A stretch of 64,000 nucleotides of DNA from Phoronis australis (GCA_002633005.1 NMRA01000001.1:2401695-2465694); one strand, 5' to 3'; positions 25,901 to 37,327 are shown, counted from the first letter of the stretch. Numbers and translations: made by a program. Notes: generated by a model from the sequence alone, not told the origin.

Positions 25901-28900
25901 CCTACCAAGATCAAGTTCACCTTAGAATGGAACTGGCAAGACAATCAGCCGCGGGAAAGGAGAGAGTCCAACGCTATAAAAATAGACAAGAAAAGTTGTA
26001 GCAAGAAAGGCCAACGGATTGAGATGCCGAGCAGTCATATTGACCAGGGCAGCAATGATCTTTCAGTGACGGTTCAAGTTGAAAATGAAATGAAGACTGG
26101 TTTTGATACAGTGCTACAAAGACGTGTTCAGGTATTGGTAATACAATTGTGTGATAATAAGTGCGAGTCATGAATGACAGTAAAGATGGTGTGGGGGGTA
26201 TCAGATGTACTTTGTCATTTGAATACTGATTCACTTACGCGATACAAGACTTTTCAATTGCTTCCAGTTGACAACATCTCCTACGTTTTACTCAGTCGTG
26301 ACATTTGTCTTCTTGATGTTGTCTGATGCTCGAAGGCCTGTTATCCACCATACCTCTACAGCTGTATTCAGTGAATGTTGAGTCTCAGTCATTATGGTTG
26401 CTTAGTCGCCACTCGATAGACCCGTGTTTGTTATTGGTATGGGGCTCGTCTAAATTTTTTAAAATACTTAATCCTGTTTTGAGAACTTCACTCCAGGCTA
26501 GTTCTATCATCTGTTACTTTTAAAGCAAGCTTTTGATTTGGGCCACTCACCGCTATAAAATTGGTCAAAACTAATTGTATTTACTCAGATGAAGAGTGAT
26601 TCCTGAAATTGCAAGGAACTGGCAGTCCGTTGTTCCCTAAGACCACGCTGTGGGTGGTGCATAAAATGGAACGCCGTGATGAGTCAACTTGTAGAACTTA
26701 GTCTCAAGTGATAACGAACTGCCAGCTCTTTCAAATTAGGCCCTGAAATGACCTTCGATTTGACTATGGAACAATTTGAGACCGATGTCATGATGATACG
26801 TGGCATCAAAAGTTGACTTTGTGACGTGGAAGATCTTGTGGCACAACTCAAAGGTTTAGTCACGAGTGTAACGATTTAGTGGACTTTGTAAAAGCTTTCA
26901 AATTTGTTCCAATCTTTTGAGGTTGATAGGGGTCAATGTTATTTTTGTTCAAAACTCAAGTGTGATATAGTACTAGTTGGCACCTGTTTGTAAAGCTTTG
27001 GTTGCCTTGTAATATATGCAAAACAGCAAAACTGCACGTGTCGGAATTTTCGTTGACGATATTGCACCCAACCATGACACAAAGCCAGAACATTGTAACT
27101 TTATGCCATCTTGTTTGGTTGTTGTTATTGTGTGAGCTCAATGAGACATCATGAATGCATGACTGCTAAAATATGGACCGTGTGGGTAATCATGGTTGAA
27201 TTTGTTGTTACCTATCCGACGGTTACATTAGAGTCGGTGTTGTGCACATTGTTTTCATATTTGCAGGTTACTGTAGACAGGGAAGACTCCGTACTGGTGT
27301 CCCCACAAGGTAACAAAGTGTTTGCTACCATGCGTTTCACTGTTGGATGGAACTTTTTTTCGAGAAGGCTCCCAGGCGCTTTTTGTGTTTCAAGGAAACT
27401 ATAATGGCGCTTTATTGGAAGTTGGCCGTACTGCTTTTTAGTCAGATATACTTTTACTAATATGATGAAGTGAAGTTCACATATTTATCAGGTGGCATGA
27501 ACGAAGTAGTTATTATAATTTACCCAGTTTTTCTCAGATATTTTTAATTGATAAAATGTTTGCAGTAGTTGAGGAGTTGTGAATAGCTTAACTGAGTTAG
27601 TCATGCGATTTTTTAAGATGTTTTTGATTTTCACAGATATTCATGTCGTAGGGCCAGGAGCTTCCGGACCTGCTCGTCACGATTTCAGACTGGCTCCAAC
27701 TGCTAACTTTCATCGAAGTGTCGTCGCCAAATTCCCTTCTGTAGCGAGGATTAAGTGGTCTAATGGTATATATGGAACTGGTTTCCGAGTTGGACAACGG
27801 TATCTACTTACAAACTATCATGTTGTGGAAGAGCAATGTGAAGACGCAAGTAAGTTGGTCATGGTCTCGAAGTAATAGGGCCGTCATCAACGGACTTTAA
27901 TTTCCCAAACTCAGAGGTCAACCTCATACTGCACACCGAAAGAACTTTCACCGCATGCACCAAAAACCCTTAAACGGGAACCTGAACTCCCAACATACTC
28001 ATTCTTACACGGCACTGACAATTTTTATCCCTGAACCCAGCAGTTCGGAAACATTAAATTATTTTTATGTTCGGCATAAGTGCCGTAGTGAACCATAAGG
28101 ACATGGATGCCTATTCGCGATAGGTCACGTGGTTGAAAATGAAGTCACGCCGATGAATCCTCAGTGGTTTCAAGAAATAGCACAGCCTGTCGAATGCCGC
28201 CTCACCAGATATCAAAAGAGTTCCGCGTACGTGCGTTCATACGCTAAAAGTTTAGTGGGAACTTCCGCTTTCAGATTTTACTGGGAAACCAGCTGCATCT
28301 GTTTAAAATGGAACTTACAGGCTAATTCCTTGTCTCTGTGATTGCTTTGGTAAAGTTAGTTAGAAACACAACATTTAGCTATGATGTGAATATGAAGTAG
28401 GTTGAAAATTGCCAAATGTTGTTGAGAACGAGTTTATTGTCCAAAGCGATCCGCCGTAAACCACTCAACAGTGTCCAGTAAGTATCTTCAAAAGAACGAG
28501 TTTAATGTCCAAAGCGATCCGCCGTAAACCACTCAACAGTGTCCAGTAAGTATGATCTTGACGTGGTACTGGGGAATAACACTGCATGATGCGGGTTGTG
28601 TGAGTCCCCAAGGTACGTCATTAGTGCAAAGGTCACCTATTAGCAGAATTTTTGTTTTCACATTTACAAGTTGTCAATTAATACAACTGCACTTTCTTTT
28701 GCGTAGATGATGTTCAAATATCCTTGTCGTTTAGTTCCACACATTGGCATAGTTTGGAGCATGCAAATAAGTCTTTAACCTTCAGAGGTAAATCTGTAAA
28801 AGGTCACGTGCGAGTCCATCCTGTTTCTTAGAACTAGTTCACAATATTCTTTCACTGTGAGTCATGCGCGTAAACTAATGATAACGTGATGAGGACCTTT

Positions 28901-31900
28901 ACCACGAGGAAACTTTTCTGGGAATTCGTTGGGGTGTGTGGCTAAAGTCAGTGTCAATGTACACACTCGGAATCCATAACAACTCGTATCTTTTTATGTT
29001 GTCTTCATTTCCGTCCACCACCACTACTTTATATTGTTTATATCTTAATCTTAAATGTTGTTTTTGATAGTTTTGACCCAATACAATGTAATTTCACGCA
29101 GACAAGTTAAAATACTCTCAGCTTCATTTTTGGTAAAATGTGTACAAATCAATTTTTGTAAAACATACTCCCAAACGGTGCCCTTTCAACAAGACGCAAT
29201 TGCTTTCAAACAAATATCTCAATATACAAATTTTCATAATTCTAGGCTACAGTTCGTGGTTCCAAAAGAAGAAATTTTCGTTTGTCAAGCTTCCAACTTC
29301 AATATAAAATTTGATTAAACCCTATTTTCAGGCATCGAGCAAAGAAGACAATTGAGAAAGTGCACTTTTGGGTACTACAGGCCTGAAGGGGACGATGACC
29401 AGCAGGAGGGTGACCAGCCGCGTTTTAGCTTCGCTTTTGCTCCTGATCCAGTAAAAGCATTTGACAAAGACCTGGATTACGCCATCCTTGAGTGCTTGGA
29501 GGATGAAAATAATCCTTTCCCTGCTCCTTTGACGAATTTCAAGAAGTTAACAGCTGACGACATATACGTGCACCTGGTCGGCCATCCTGGAGGGAGAGAG
29601 AAGATATTTGATGGGCAATGTCAAGTTGTACACATGTCCAGGGAGGAATTAGACCGCGTTGTAAGTTTTCATTGAGATTCCTGCACAAAATTACGAGATC
29701 ATTAAATATACACCCAAATTTACTGTCAAAGACTACCAGACGTCAATAACGATGCCCTGTCCGTTCGGTTACGTTCTCATTTCGGGGTACGCAATTTTTC
29801 CGTCGGCACATATTATTTTCGTGTCATTTTTCCAGTCCTCAATACGACCAAAACATTGACTAAGCACTAAGATTTCCAGCGAGATTTCAACGCTATAGAG
29901 ACACCGAAATCTGGGCTATAAAGAAACTCAAAACATTTCACAGCATGATTTGGTTGTGTGGTATAATCAAGTCTCAATTACTATTTTTGATTTGCATAAA
30001 TCAATTTGTAAATCAATATCGAAAGTCGACAATTTATACAAATGCCAGTTGTATTTTCTAGTGATCCTTCAACTGGATGTAAAACGCAATTTAAGTCTTT
30101 GCCTTGAATATTTATCATCGTTAGGGCATCCAGTTGACACTTTCAAATTAACTGTAATTTTAGCCTCGTTTTGTCATCCCTTTGGCGGGTAAGAAATCGC
30201 GGAATACCTACCATGATACGCAGTTGTTTTAAAAACCTGAAACCACTGAAAGGTCAAACCAAAATACAGCATATAGCCTATTACCCGATTTAGGACAATA
30301 GTTTACAAACTGACACTGAGCTTTAAACATTGCTAAATTTAGACCGCATTTAGTTTAATACTTCAGTGAAATTGTGCATTAAACCTACTGCGGTTGGCAC
30401 ACGAACGGCTACAGCAAGAGGTGTTGTAACGCAAAATCTTAATTAATAGTGTGGATTTATACTCAATCGGCGCGTCTTTATGAACGCACGACTAGACAAT
30501 TTCACTCATCTCTTTGAATTAGACGGTGAGTATTTCCTTCCAATTTCCACGGAATTGATGAAAATGGACACAATTCAAACATATATGCATTTGGCAGAAA
30601 ATTTCTGACAATTTTATGTATATGTTTGTTTATCTTTGATAATTTGTCCCGCGGTGAGACATCGTGAATTTGATAAAACACAACAGTCAAAAAACTCTTG
30701 AATGATTCTTGCAAGGTTCAGTTCAAAAAATTAAAATGACATTAGAGGAGTGTGGACCACGTTAGTATTAAGATCAGTTAGATGAATCTTGTCGTGAGTG
30801 AAAGTCTTGGTAAGTAAGTAACTAAGTAATTTTTTTATTAGTGACATGTGTTCAAATGGATTCAAACAATATATAACAAAACAGGAACACTCAGCCCACC
30901 ACGGGGCTTATAAGTCAAGTGTACACGCATTGCAAGCAGACCAAAAAGAGAACACTGTGATAAGAGTGATCATATATTAATAAAATTTTTCAGAGAGAGA
31001 GAGAGGGAGGGAGGGAGGGAGGGAGGGAGAGAGAGAGAGAGAGCGGAGAGTAACTGAACGTAAGTTATGAAAACAATCCGAAATCCCTAACTCTACAAAC
31101 ATGTTCAAAACTTCAGAAGACCAATTATTAGTACAGATAGTGTAGTCCCACGAACATAAGTATCTACCTCGAAACTAATAACACACTTCAACATTCCCAA
31201 AAGCTCAATTTTCCGCCTAACACTGGGGAATTCCCACCCCATGTCACCCATAATAGCATGATTAGGAGCGAATTTGTGAACGCCCAAGAAAACTGGCGTG
31301 GCTGTATTCTGAATGACATCATAATCCTGTAAACTAGAGCCCCCCCCCCCCCCCCCCCNACCTACCCAATAATCGCTGACAGGCATTGGACAATGTAGTG
31401 AATGTTCTGTACCTCATATTTTTATTCTTTTTAAATTTATTAATTAAAGCGCTCAAAGCTCTTCCGGCAAATTTGGACAGAGTTTTAGCAGTTTCAGAAA
31501 ATTATTCTTAAATATTTATAATTGGGTACATAGTCTATGTCTAGTCGACCCAACCGAAACGGATATAGTCTACGAAAGACATGCTTGGATCTGAAGTGAA
31601 TAATATTAGTTTTCTCCTGATTGACAATTAGCCTCCATTTAGAGCACCTTTTGTCAACTATATTCAATGAACCCTGTAAATTTTCTGTGCTCTCGGTATT
31701 AGTGTCCCACGCCAACTAAACTCTGTCCACGTCTGAAGCAATGCACGTCTGTGATATTCAGAGTTGGGCAATTATGGTATCCTTTCAGAAACTGGGGACA
31801 GTTTAAGTGTTCAACCATGTATGTTTTTTCCGAAATTCATGCCCTAAGGCTGGGCGTATCTGCACAAAAATTTCCTTACGCCCAATGGCCGTATCTGAAG

Positions 31901-32931
31901 ATGGGCCTGTCTGCAGAAAACGATGGAAAACGGCTATTATGAAAACGATAAAAGGATGTTACTTTTGGTTTTAATGTTGCAACACCCTTATACTGAAATC
32001 ATCTTTCAGTCGCAAAACTTTCCGTCATATCCATTTTATTTCGGTGTGGGCGCTGACTTATTGACGTCACGTGACTGTGTAGGTGCGTTTTCAGTGGTCA
32101 GACTGCAATGTTGCAGATTAAACGCCGAATGGCTTCCTGGCCTGTTGGAAAAATATCTTGCACATCAAATCTGCATTGCCGCATGAAGCATGTTTTCATT
32201 GACAGTCCCCCGACGGTGAGTGTTTGTCTAAGGCAGATTATACGCGCGTGTAATTTGTCTAGACAAATACTCATCGTCTGGGGGTGGACTTCAGATGCGT
32301 TATTTATGAATCGTGTCTCGTGCAGCCCGATGAATTTTTTATGATGAAAATTTTCATTCGTTTCCTTCAGTGATTGGAGAACTTATACTGAATACTATAA
32401 TTCACGATTCTTCATCGTCAGTTGGTTTTGCCAATCATGATGTGGTCAAGTGCCGGTTAAGAGGGGACGGTCGCAGACGATTTCGCCGCTGATTGGCAAA
32501 AGATGGACATCCAATTTAAATCGCATGGCTAACTCCGTTTATTAAATTTGTTGACATTTTACTTAAAACAATAAAAGTCTCTCTTTCACTTTCAGCACAA
32601 CGAAGCTCGTGAGTGGTCTTTAACGCTGACTGACCTAGTGAATCATGATTCGTTTCCGAAGTTAACTGATCAGCGAAGGGCATTGTATCACACAAGTAAG
32701 AACTTTGTCGGCGGCAGCTCGGGTTCTCCTGGATTTACCTGTGACAACGAGCACAAGGCTTGCGTGTCTGTAGTGCATGTCTTCCAATTCCCCGCTGTAC
32801 CCGAGGGATATGTAGTACCGTCTAAGTTCAAAGTCGAGCAGGGAATCAGAGTAGAACACATCTATAGGCATTTACGAGACACTTGTCGCTGGTTATGCGA
32901 AGAAGTATTTCCAAACGGTGAGCCACTGTAA
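13884..32931 (+). CDS. Spliced gene (18 coding exons, ~960 aa): ankyrin repeats + ZU5/UPA-like module + FAM111-like trypsin-fold serine protease
   Basis: Exons 13884-13907, 14760-14861, 16103-16201, 16816-16914, 17534-17632, 18142-18243, 19153-19251, 19435-19533, 20512-20610, 21567-21668, 23233-23337, 24180-24236, 24459-24513, 25311-26131, 27267-27309, 27637-27849, 29332-29660, 32596-32931. All introns are GT-AG with matching phases; 2883 nt in total, open to TAA. Ankyrin G-x-T-P-L-H-x-A motifs; protease motifs LLTNYHVV / DLDYAILE / GGSSGSPG. Confidence 0.88.
14760..14861 (+). CDS. Ankyrin repeat exon 1 (AAETSPLLSAAFGGDVEAFKELLSRDADVEQQDH)
   Basis: tttacag| ... |gtaagg, 102 nt, phase 0-0, ankyrin consensus. 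Confidence 0.85.
16103..16201 (+). CDS. Ankyrin repeat exon 2 (LGRSCLHYAAAEGQTEIVKLLLQKKADINKEDN)
   Basis: ttttcag| ... |gtaagt, 99 nt, phase 0-0. Confidence 0.92.
16816..16914 (+). CDS. Ankyrin repeat exon 3 (LGRTALQDAAAEDHADIVELLLHEGADVNRRTK)
   Basis: tttcag| ... |gtatgt, 99 nt, phase 0-0. Confidence 0.9.
17534..17632 (+). CDS. Ankyrin repeat exon 4 (WNRTPLHDAVCKSRTKMAELLINKGADTTVQDK)
   Basis: ttttcag| ... |gtgagt, 99 nt, phase 0-0. Confidence 0.92.
18142..18243 (+). CDS. Ankyrin repeat exon 5 (WGKTPMHYASEEGCLDMVKLLLRKTVGDIDVVEA)
   Basis: ttatag| ... |gtaagt, 102 nt, phase 0-0. Confidence 0.92.
18610..19035. mobile_element. Degenerate MITE copy, same family as 35760-36187, in an ankyrin-gene intron
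   Basis: Shares atgaaaca.tc.caaatagggactcaact and internal sequence with the 35.8 kb copy. Confidence 0.6.
19153..19251 (+). CDS. Ankyrin repeat exon 6 (DGRTSLHFAAKNGDALIVEQLLEHEADIDKPDK)
   Basis: ttgtcag| ... |gtacgt, 99 nt, phase 0-0. Confidence 0.92.
19435..19533 (+). CDS. Ankyrin repeat exon 7 (EGRTPLHYAISKGNEEAVKLFIQKGADANKQSS)
   Basis: tttttgcag| ... |gtaagt, 99 nt, phase 0-0. Confidence 0.92.
20512..20610 (+). CDS. Ankyrin repeat exon 8 (SKKTPLHAAVDKGNMSIFNLLMAEEVDASLKDN)
   Basis: ctttcag| ... |gtgagt, 99 nt, phase 0-0. Confidence 0.92.
21567..21668 (+). CDS. Ankyrin repeat exon 9 (WARSPLHYAAAGGLNEMVEPLLKRAPDDINQQDK)
   Basis: cttctag| ... |gtacag, 102 nt, phase 0-0. Confidence 0.9.
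23233..23337 (+). CDS. Ankyrin repeat exon 10 (WGKTPLYLASCSAGGNAKTVELLLENRALLNTKDD)
   Basis: attctag| ... |gtgagt, 105 nt, phase 0-0. Confidence 0.9.
24180..24236 (+). CDS. Terminal partial ankyrin repeat exon (KGRTPFDVAKNEDMLKLLY)
   Basis: atttcag| ... |gtaagt, 57 nt; typical capping G-x-T-P-x-D-x-A motif. Confidence 0.88.
24459..24513 (+). CDS. Linker exon (ENLGVIKGERLKSNATDK)
   Basis: ttttcag| ... G|gtgtga, phase 0 to 1; needed to bring the next exon into frame. Confidence 0.75.
25311..26131 (+). CDS. Large exon: ZU5-like domain followed by UPA-like beta-rich domain
   Basis: Within ORF 25280-26173; attttag| ... CAG|gtattg. IGEDGGSV...VKIRIKP...FLKPVEVLF...W...SKFCEHWLV resembles ZU5 (IGPEGG..L.IPPGA..F.KPV.L...HFSWFWLV). 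The UPA assignment rests mainly on position. Confidence 0.8.
27267..27309 (+). CDS. Linker exon (VTVDREDSVLVSPQ)
   Basis: tttgcag| ... G|gtaaca, phase 0 to 1; restores frame into the protease exon. Confidence 0.75.
27637..27849 (+). CDS. Protease exon 1 with catalytic His (SVARIKWSNGIYGTGFRVGQRYLLTNYHVV)
   Basis: ttcacag| ... A|gtaagt; G-T-G-F...L-L-T-N-x-H-V-V trypsin-like motif; His codon at 27819-27821. Confidence 0.9.
28425..28553. repeat. Tandem duplication of a ~61-bp unit (period 68), intronic
   Basis: agaacgagtttaWtgtccaaagcgatccgccgtaaaccactcaacagtgtccagtaagtat occurs twice. Confidence 0.9.
29332..29660 (+). CDS. Protease exon 2 with catalytic Asp (DKDLDYAILE...VHLVGHPGGREKIFDGQC)
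   Basis: ttttcag| ... |gtaagt; LDYAIL and IGHPxG..K..D..C motifs as in FAM111 proteases; Asp codon at 29475-29477. Confidence 0.9.
30992..31050. repeat. (GA)n/(GGGA)n microsatellite
   Basis: Direct inspection. Confidence 0.9.
31150..31700 (-). mobile_element. Degenerate non-LTR retrotransposon (LINE) ORF2 C-terminal fragment, in the last intron
   Basis: NLQGSLNIVDKRCSKWRLIVNQEKTNIIHFR...YKYL; FLGVHKFAPNHAIMGDMGW: the post-YADD region of CR1/L2-like RT, frameshifted. Confidence 0.85.
32596..32931 (+). CDS. Protease exon 3 / last coding exon with catalytic Ser (LYHTSKNFVGGSSGSPGF...VVH...VEQG)
   Basis: ctttcag| acceptor, in frame with ORF 32638-32931; G-x-S-G-S-P motif, Ser codon at 32719-32721; ends TAA. 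Confidence 0.9.
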   Translation, partial: HNEAREWSLTLTDLVNHDSFPKLTDQRRALYHTSKNFVGGSSGSPGFTCDNEHKACVSVVHVFQFPAVPEGYVVPSKFKVEQGIRVEHIYRHLRDTCRWLCEEVFPNGEPL

Positions 32932-33196
32932 CCAACGAGCGAATAGAGCATTGAAAACGATATACACATCGTGGTATGTTTAATTGAGTTACCTGCGTTA
33001 CTATACAGAAATGAATAGTTACTGAGGGTGCAAGAAACTTAGTTTCATCCGAAATAGACAGGGCACCAGCGAAATCCCTCACTTTCGAAAGGACTCGTCA
33101 ATTCTACCATATCTATGTCGCTCTCAGTTCTTGTTCATGGGAATTCCAAACGACAAACGAGACTTCACTGTTATAGGTTTACAAACAGTATGGTAA

Positions 33197-33202
33197 AATA
33201 AA
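33197..33202 (+). promoter_or_regulatory. Candidate polyadenylation signal of the ankyrin-protease gene
   Basis: AATAAA about 270 nt after the stop codon. Confidence 0.4.
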
Positions 33203-35460
33203 GGGTCCAATGGAACTACGGGTGGGATTCAGGGGAGTTTCAACTGCATCCGAAGATTCATGATCGAAAAATGGGGCCAACAGGCACTTAAGTTCAGAGC
33301 TGCTCGGGCAATGAACCAGAGGACGTGTGCACAATCATAGTTAAGTGCACATGCACCATTCTTTACAAGTATTGTTTTAATCATGTTTTATGTTATGGTC
33401 TTTTAGTTGGGAAAATTATCGCTCCTAATTATTTGGCCTGCCCGCTCCAAGAAAAGTGACTTAAGGGCTGTTCCAGTAAAAATGTATGGGAGGGATGAAG
33501 GCACTTTCATTTTTACCCACCGCCCATATTTTTCTTTTATTTCTCCAACCCACCACCCATAATTTTTAATTAGGTTGAAATATAAAATGCAACCGCCCAC
33601 AATATTTTTAAAATATGCTTGAATTATAAATGGTAATGTACATGTTAGGTTTTGATTTCTTTCGATATTTTCGTGAGCCGACAACGGTCCAGTTCCCTCG
33701 CAAGCAAGGAATAAAAGTTCACACGTGCTTTTCAGTGAATAGCGATTAATGAACAAGAGTGTTGGCATGAGCCCTTCATGTGCACTGCAAATGGCAGACG
33801 CTAGGGGCTCTGATAATTTCAAAATTCTTACAAGAGGAAGCGACACATGTAAACACATTGCTGCTAGGTCACACATCGTGATCTGTTAGCTAGCTGTTTT
33901 GCCAAATGTTGTCGAAAACTAAAGCGGTCAAGAGGGTGATCGAATCAAAACGAAAATTGACTGCTGTCAGTGCATCCGTCCCGGCCATGTATCTTTGTTA
34001 AAAATTTCATCCAGTTGTACTTAGCGGTTTTTGATATAATCAAGCTGTCATGTCAAAAAGTAAATTGGCCAACGGTAGACAAATGTGTCCGAAAATCAAC
34101 TGTTGCGGGAACATCCCCGTCATCTATCTCTGTCATCATTTTAAGCGGTTTCAACGTATTAGAAAACAAGGAATGAGTTCAGCAGTCGAAAACTAACAGA
34201 GGGTGCCACGTACTTGAATTCGCCCAAAAATCAACTGGTGCCGGCGCATTCTCGCCATATGATGGGCATGAGCTGTCTTACAACATCTCTTGTGGCGATT
34301 TTTATTGCCCATCTTACCAGAGATTACCTATTATACGTTATTTACCTGTATTCATTTTATTGTAATTGTACTAGTCATAATAAATGACCTTATATCGCCT
34401 ACCTCGGTCTCCTTTTCATCTCTGCAGGGTAACGAGCTTGCGACGCACGTATCATTTATCTATTATTCGGGACATATGTCGATCATAAATACCTCTGTAT
34501 CGAATTTCATTGTTGTCCGTTAAAGTCCTTGTCTCACGCGTTGTTAACCCTTATTACATGGTTAGAAGATGTTATAAGGATCCAAGAAGTACCTACCCCA
34601 TAACTAATACACGATCCGTACTCGAAAACAGTTTAAATGAACGCGCCACTCACGATTCGCACCCGAAGAAACACCGCCATTTTGAACTTGCCGCGAACCC
34701 GGAAGTACAATTCATTCAGGAACCCAGGCCGAGAAAACGCCGTCAGTGCGACTGGAGCAGTGCCTGTACTGTTACCAGCCAGCAAACGGGGATAAAAAAA
34801 TCGACAGCGCGCCTTAATTTTGATGAAATCAAACTACGGACAATTTTATGGAATTTGCTGAAGAAATGTGGCGAATAAATTTTGACAGAAATTATTTTGC
34901 TAGACTCGGGACCGCAGCCTATCGGCCCGGTGCGGATCGAGACCAGACACTGGCAAACGGTAAATGCATGCGGTTGCAAGCTGTTTTGTCGAAGTAAAAT
35001 GGTCAAATGATAAATGCTGCATATATTCAAGGGTAGTTTCAGACACTTGCATGAAATTACGGGCTGGTTAGTCCTGTGTCACACTGCCGCGGCAGACCTT
35101 AGTTAGCCTCAGTCACCAGCTACCAGTGAAGACTATAGTCAAAATACAGCTTGTTAGTAGGCCTATACAGNTACAAGGAAAAAATGGCGGCGTTCAGGAC
35201 AAGTTCCTGAACTGATGAGCCGGAAATGTGGGTACGGAAATAACCGATGACAACCGGTAATCATACGCTCAGAGAGAAGGGTCAAATACTGTTAAAAAAT
35301 CGCTTTTGGCAAGAAAGGCGAAAAGAATATAAAGAAAGGGTGTCGAAAATAAGAATTTATGTAGTAAGTATTTTCGGATACTAGAACCACATGGGCAGTT
35401 TGCAACAAGGACTTTAAGCAGTTTTTTGAGCTAATCGGTGCAGAAAGAATGGCCTGTCGA

Positions 35461-35662
35461 AAACTAGAATGACCAAATCCGTTCGACAATCAACTGGTGC
35501 AGATGCATCCCTGTCAAGTACCTCTGTACCAAATTTCATCATGATATGCCAAGCGGTCCTTGAGATAACTGATGGACAAGAAATAATAACGACAGACGGA
35601 CAGACCGACGGAGGGGATGCAGACTACATGCGACCGCAAAAGTTTTTGTGGGTGCAGAAAAA
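35461..35662 (+). mobile_element. Short Helentron/HINE-like non-autonomous repeat
   Basis: aaactagaa start, taccaaatttcat core, gacagacggacagac microsatellite, 3' hairpin followed by an A-run. Confidence 0.45.
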
Positions 35663-35759
35663 TTCTACGTGAGATCACAACTCATATCAGTTACCAGAAA
35701 CTTGCTGCTCAAAGAGACCTGTGAACAATACTAGCCAGCGGGTGTCTCTGTACACCAGT

Positions 35760-36187
35760 GCCCGGTTGTATGAAACAGTCTCAAATAGGGACTCAACTGC
35801 GTTCCCTAAATCTACTGCATATTTTTGGACTTGTGAAAACATCGATTGCCCTTTCTTGCGTTGTTTTAGTTTTATATACTAAGTCAACTTGTGACTTTGA
35901 TACAAATCGAGAGTGAATTCTACTTTGAATTGTCAATACCGAAAATAAGTAGGGATCATTTCATGTACCACCTCTAATTTAAGGAATGAGCGCCTATGCA
36001 TTTTTAATGAACTGTGGGCTCAGCTTTTAGTAATATTATTAGAAAATGTCATTAATCAAAGAGGGGCTCATAACAAAGATGAAATGATAGAAAATATTAC
36101 ATCTGTGAGTCCATAAAGACACAAAATGCAAAAAGACTTACGGACCTCAGTTGAGTCCCTGTTTGGGACTGTTTCATGCAACCGGCC
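35760..36187. mobile_element. MITE with ~45-bp TIRs
   Basis: gcccggttgtatgaaacagtctcaaatagggactcaactgcgttcc ... ggacctcagttgagtccctgtttgggactgtttcatgcaaccggcc. Confidence 0.8.
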
Positions 36188-37327
36188 AATGGTGTCTCTG
36201 TCATATCAATAAGATGTTTTCAATTTCATATCTACGAAACTTAGTAGTGTCTCCACGAATGCGTTTAGGCTGCTACGCCAAATGAATATTGTAACTTGCC
36301 TTACTAACTCATACAATAGAATATCTTAGATGTTTTGACACCAGCTTAGCGTTGCAATAATTTTCATTCTAAAATGAGTGCAGTACAAGTGAGCTTGTAA
36401 TCAAGTTGCCCATGACTTGAGTAATGGTACAGTGTACATATTGCACACTGTACGCTAGCAACATGGGCTCGTCTAGTTCTTGAATAGTTTTGGGTATATG
36501 CCAAATGAACTTTTGGTGAGTTTTGAAGTTTTTTCAGAGGGTATTAAGCTTGGCATTTGGCTGAAATTACCCAATTGTCATCATTTATAGGACAAAAACA
36601 CCACCCAATTTTAACACTTACTTCTTTCAAGAAGGACCACCCATAATTTAGATGTCCTTCAGAAGACAATCACCCATTATTTTTTTTTCAACNAATTGTC
36701 TTAGTAACTGGCAGTTCATCTCCTCTCCTTTGTACGTTTGCTTAGTAAAGGGAGCTTTAATTGGTTTTCAGAAATACAGTTATGTTTGACTGGAGCCTAA
36801 GACAAATTTCTAATCAGGTAAGTCTTAAGCCGTTTTCTATGAAACAGACCCCGATATAGTCCACTGATTGTTTCAATGGGAAGATTCATGGGCACTAACG
36901 TGATATGTTTTTGAAGTTCTCGATTTCCGCTTGATTTAATTAAGGCTGTGTTGCACAAACGCTCATTAGTGTTTAAGTTCCTCTAATTAAGATGTCAGAT
37001 TTGGCTTGTCAAATACGACTATTTGTAAAGATCATGTATTTCTACAACATGTTTCTGTATATTGAACTGCAATTTATTTATATAAAATATTTACATAACT
37101 TATATTTATTATTCTTATTATTACATTTAAAAATGTGAAACACATTCATAGCTAACTCAAAGTGTATGTCAGCAGACAGTAATCTAGTTAGATGGCATGA
37201 AAGAATTAGGAAGTGACATATAAAGTATAGAATCATTGCAGTAACACCCATGGCTAAGCAACAATCATACAAAAATAACAAATTGAAGTGAGCTAAGACC
37301 TTCTTCACGCAGTCGCCATTTTAGTAG

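Noticed and set aside
25280-26173. 297-aa ORF as a stand-alone gene
   Set aside because: Its first ~10 and last ~13 codons are intronic; the body is an internal exon of the ankyrin-protease gene.
33462-36760. Possible large TIR element with CCACCCA subterminal repeats
   Set aside because: The ends are only loosely complementary and there is no internal coding evidence; boundaries cannot be supported.
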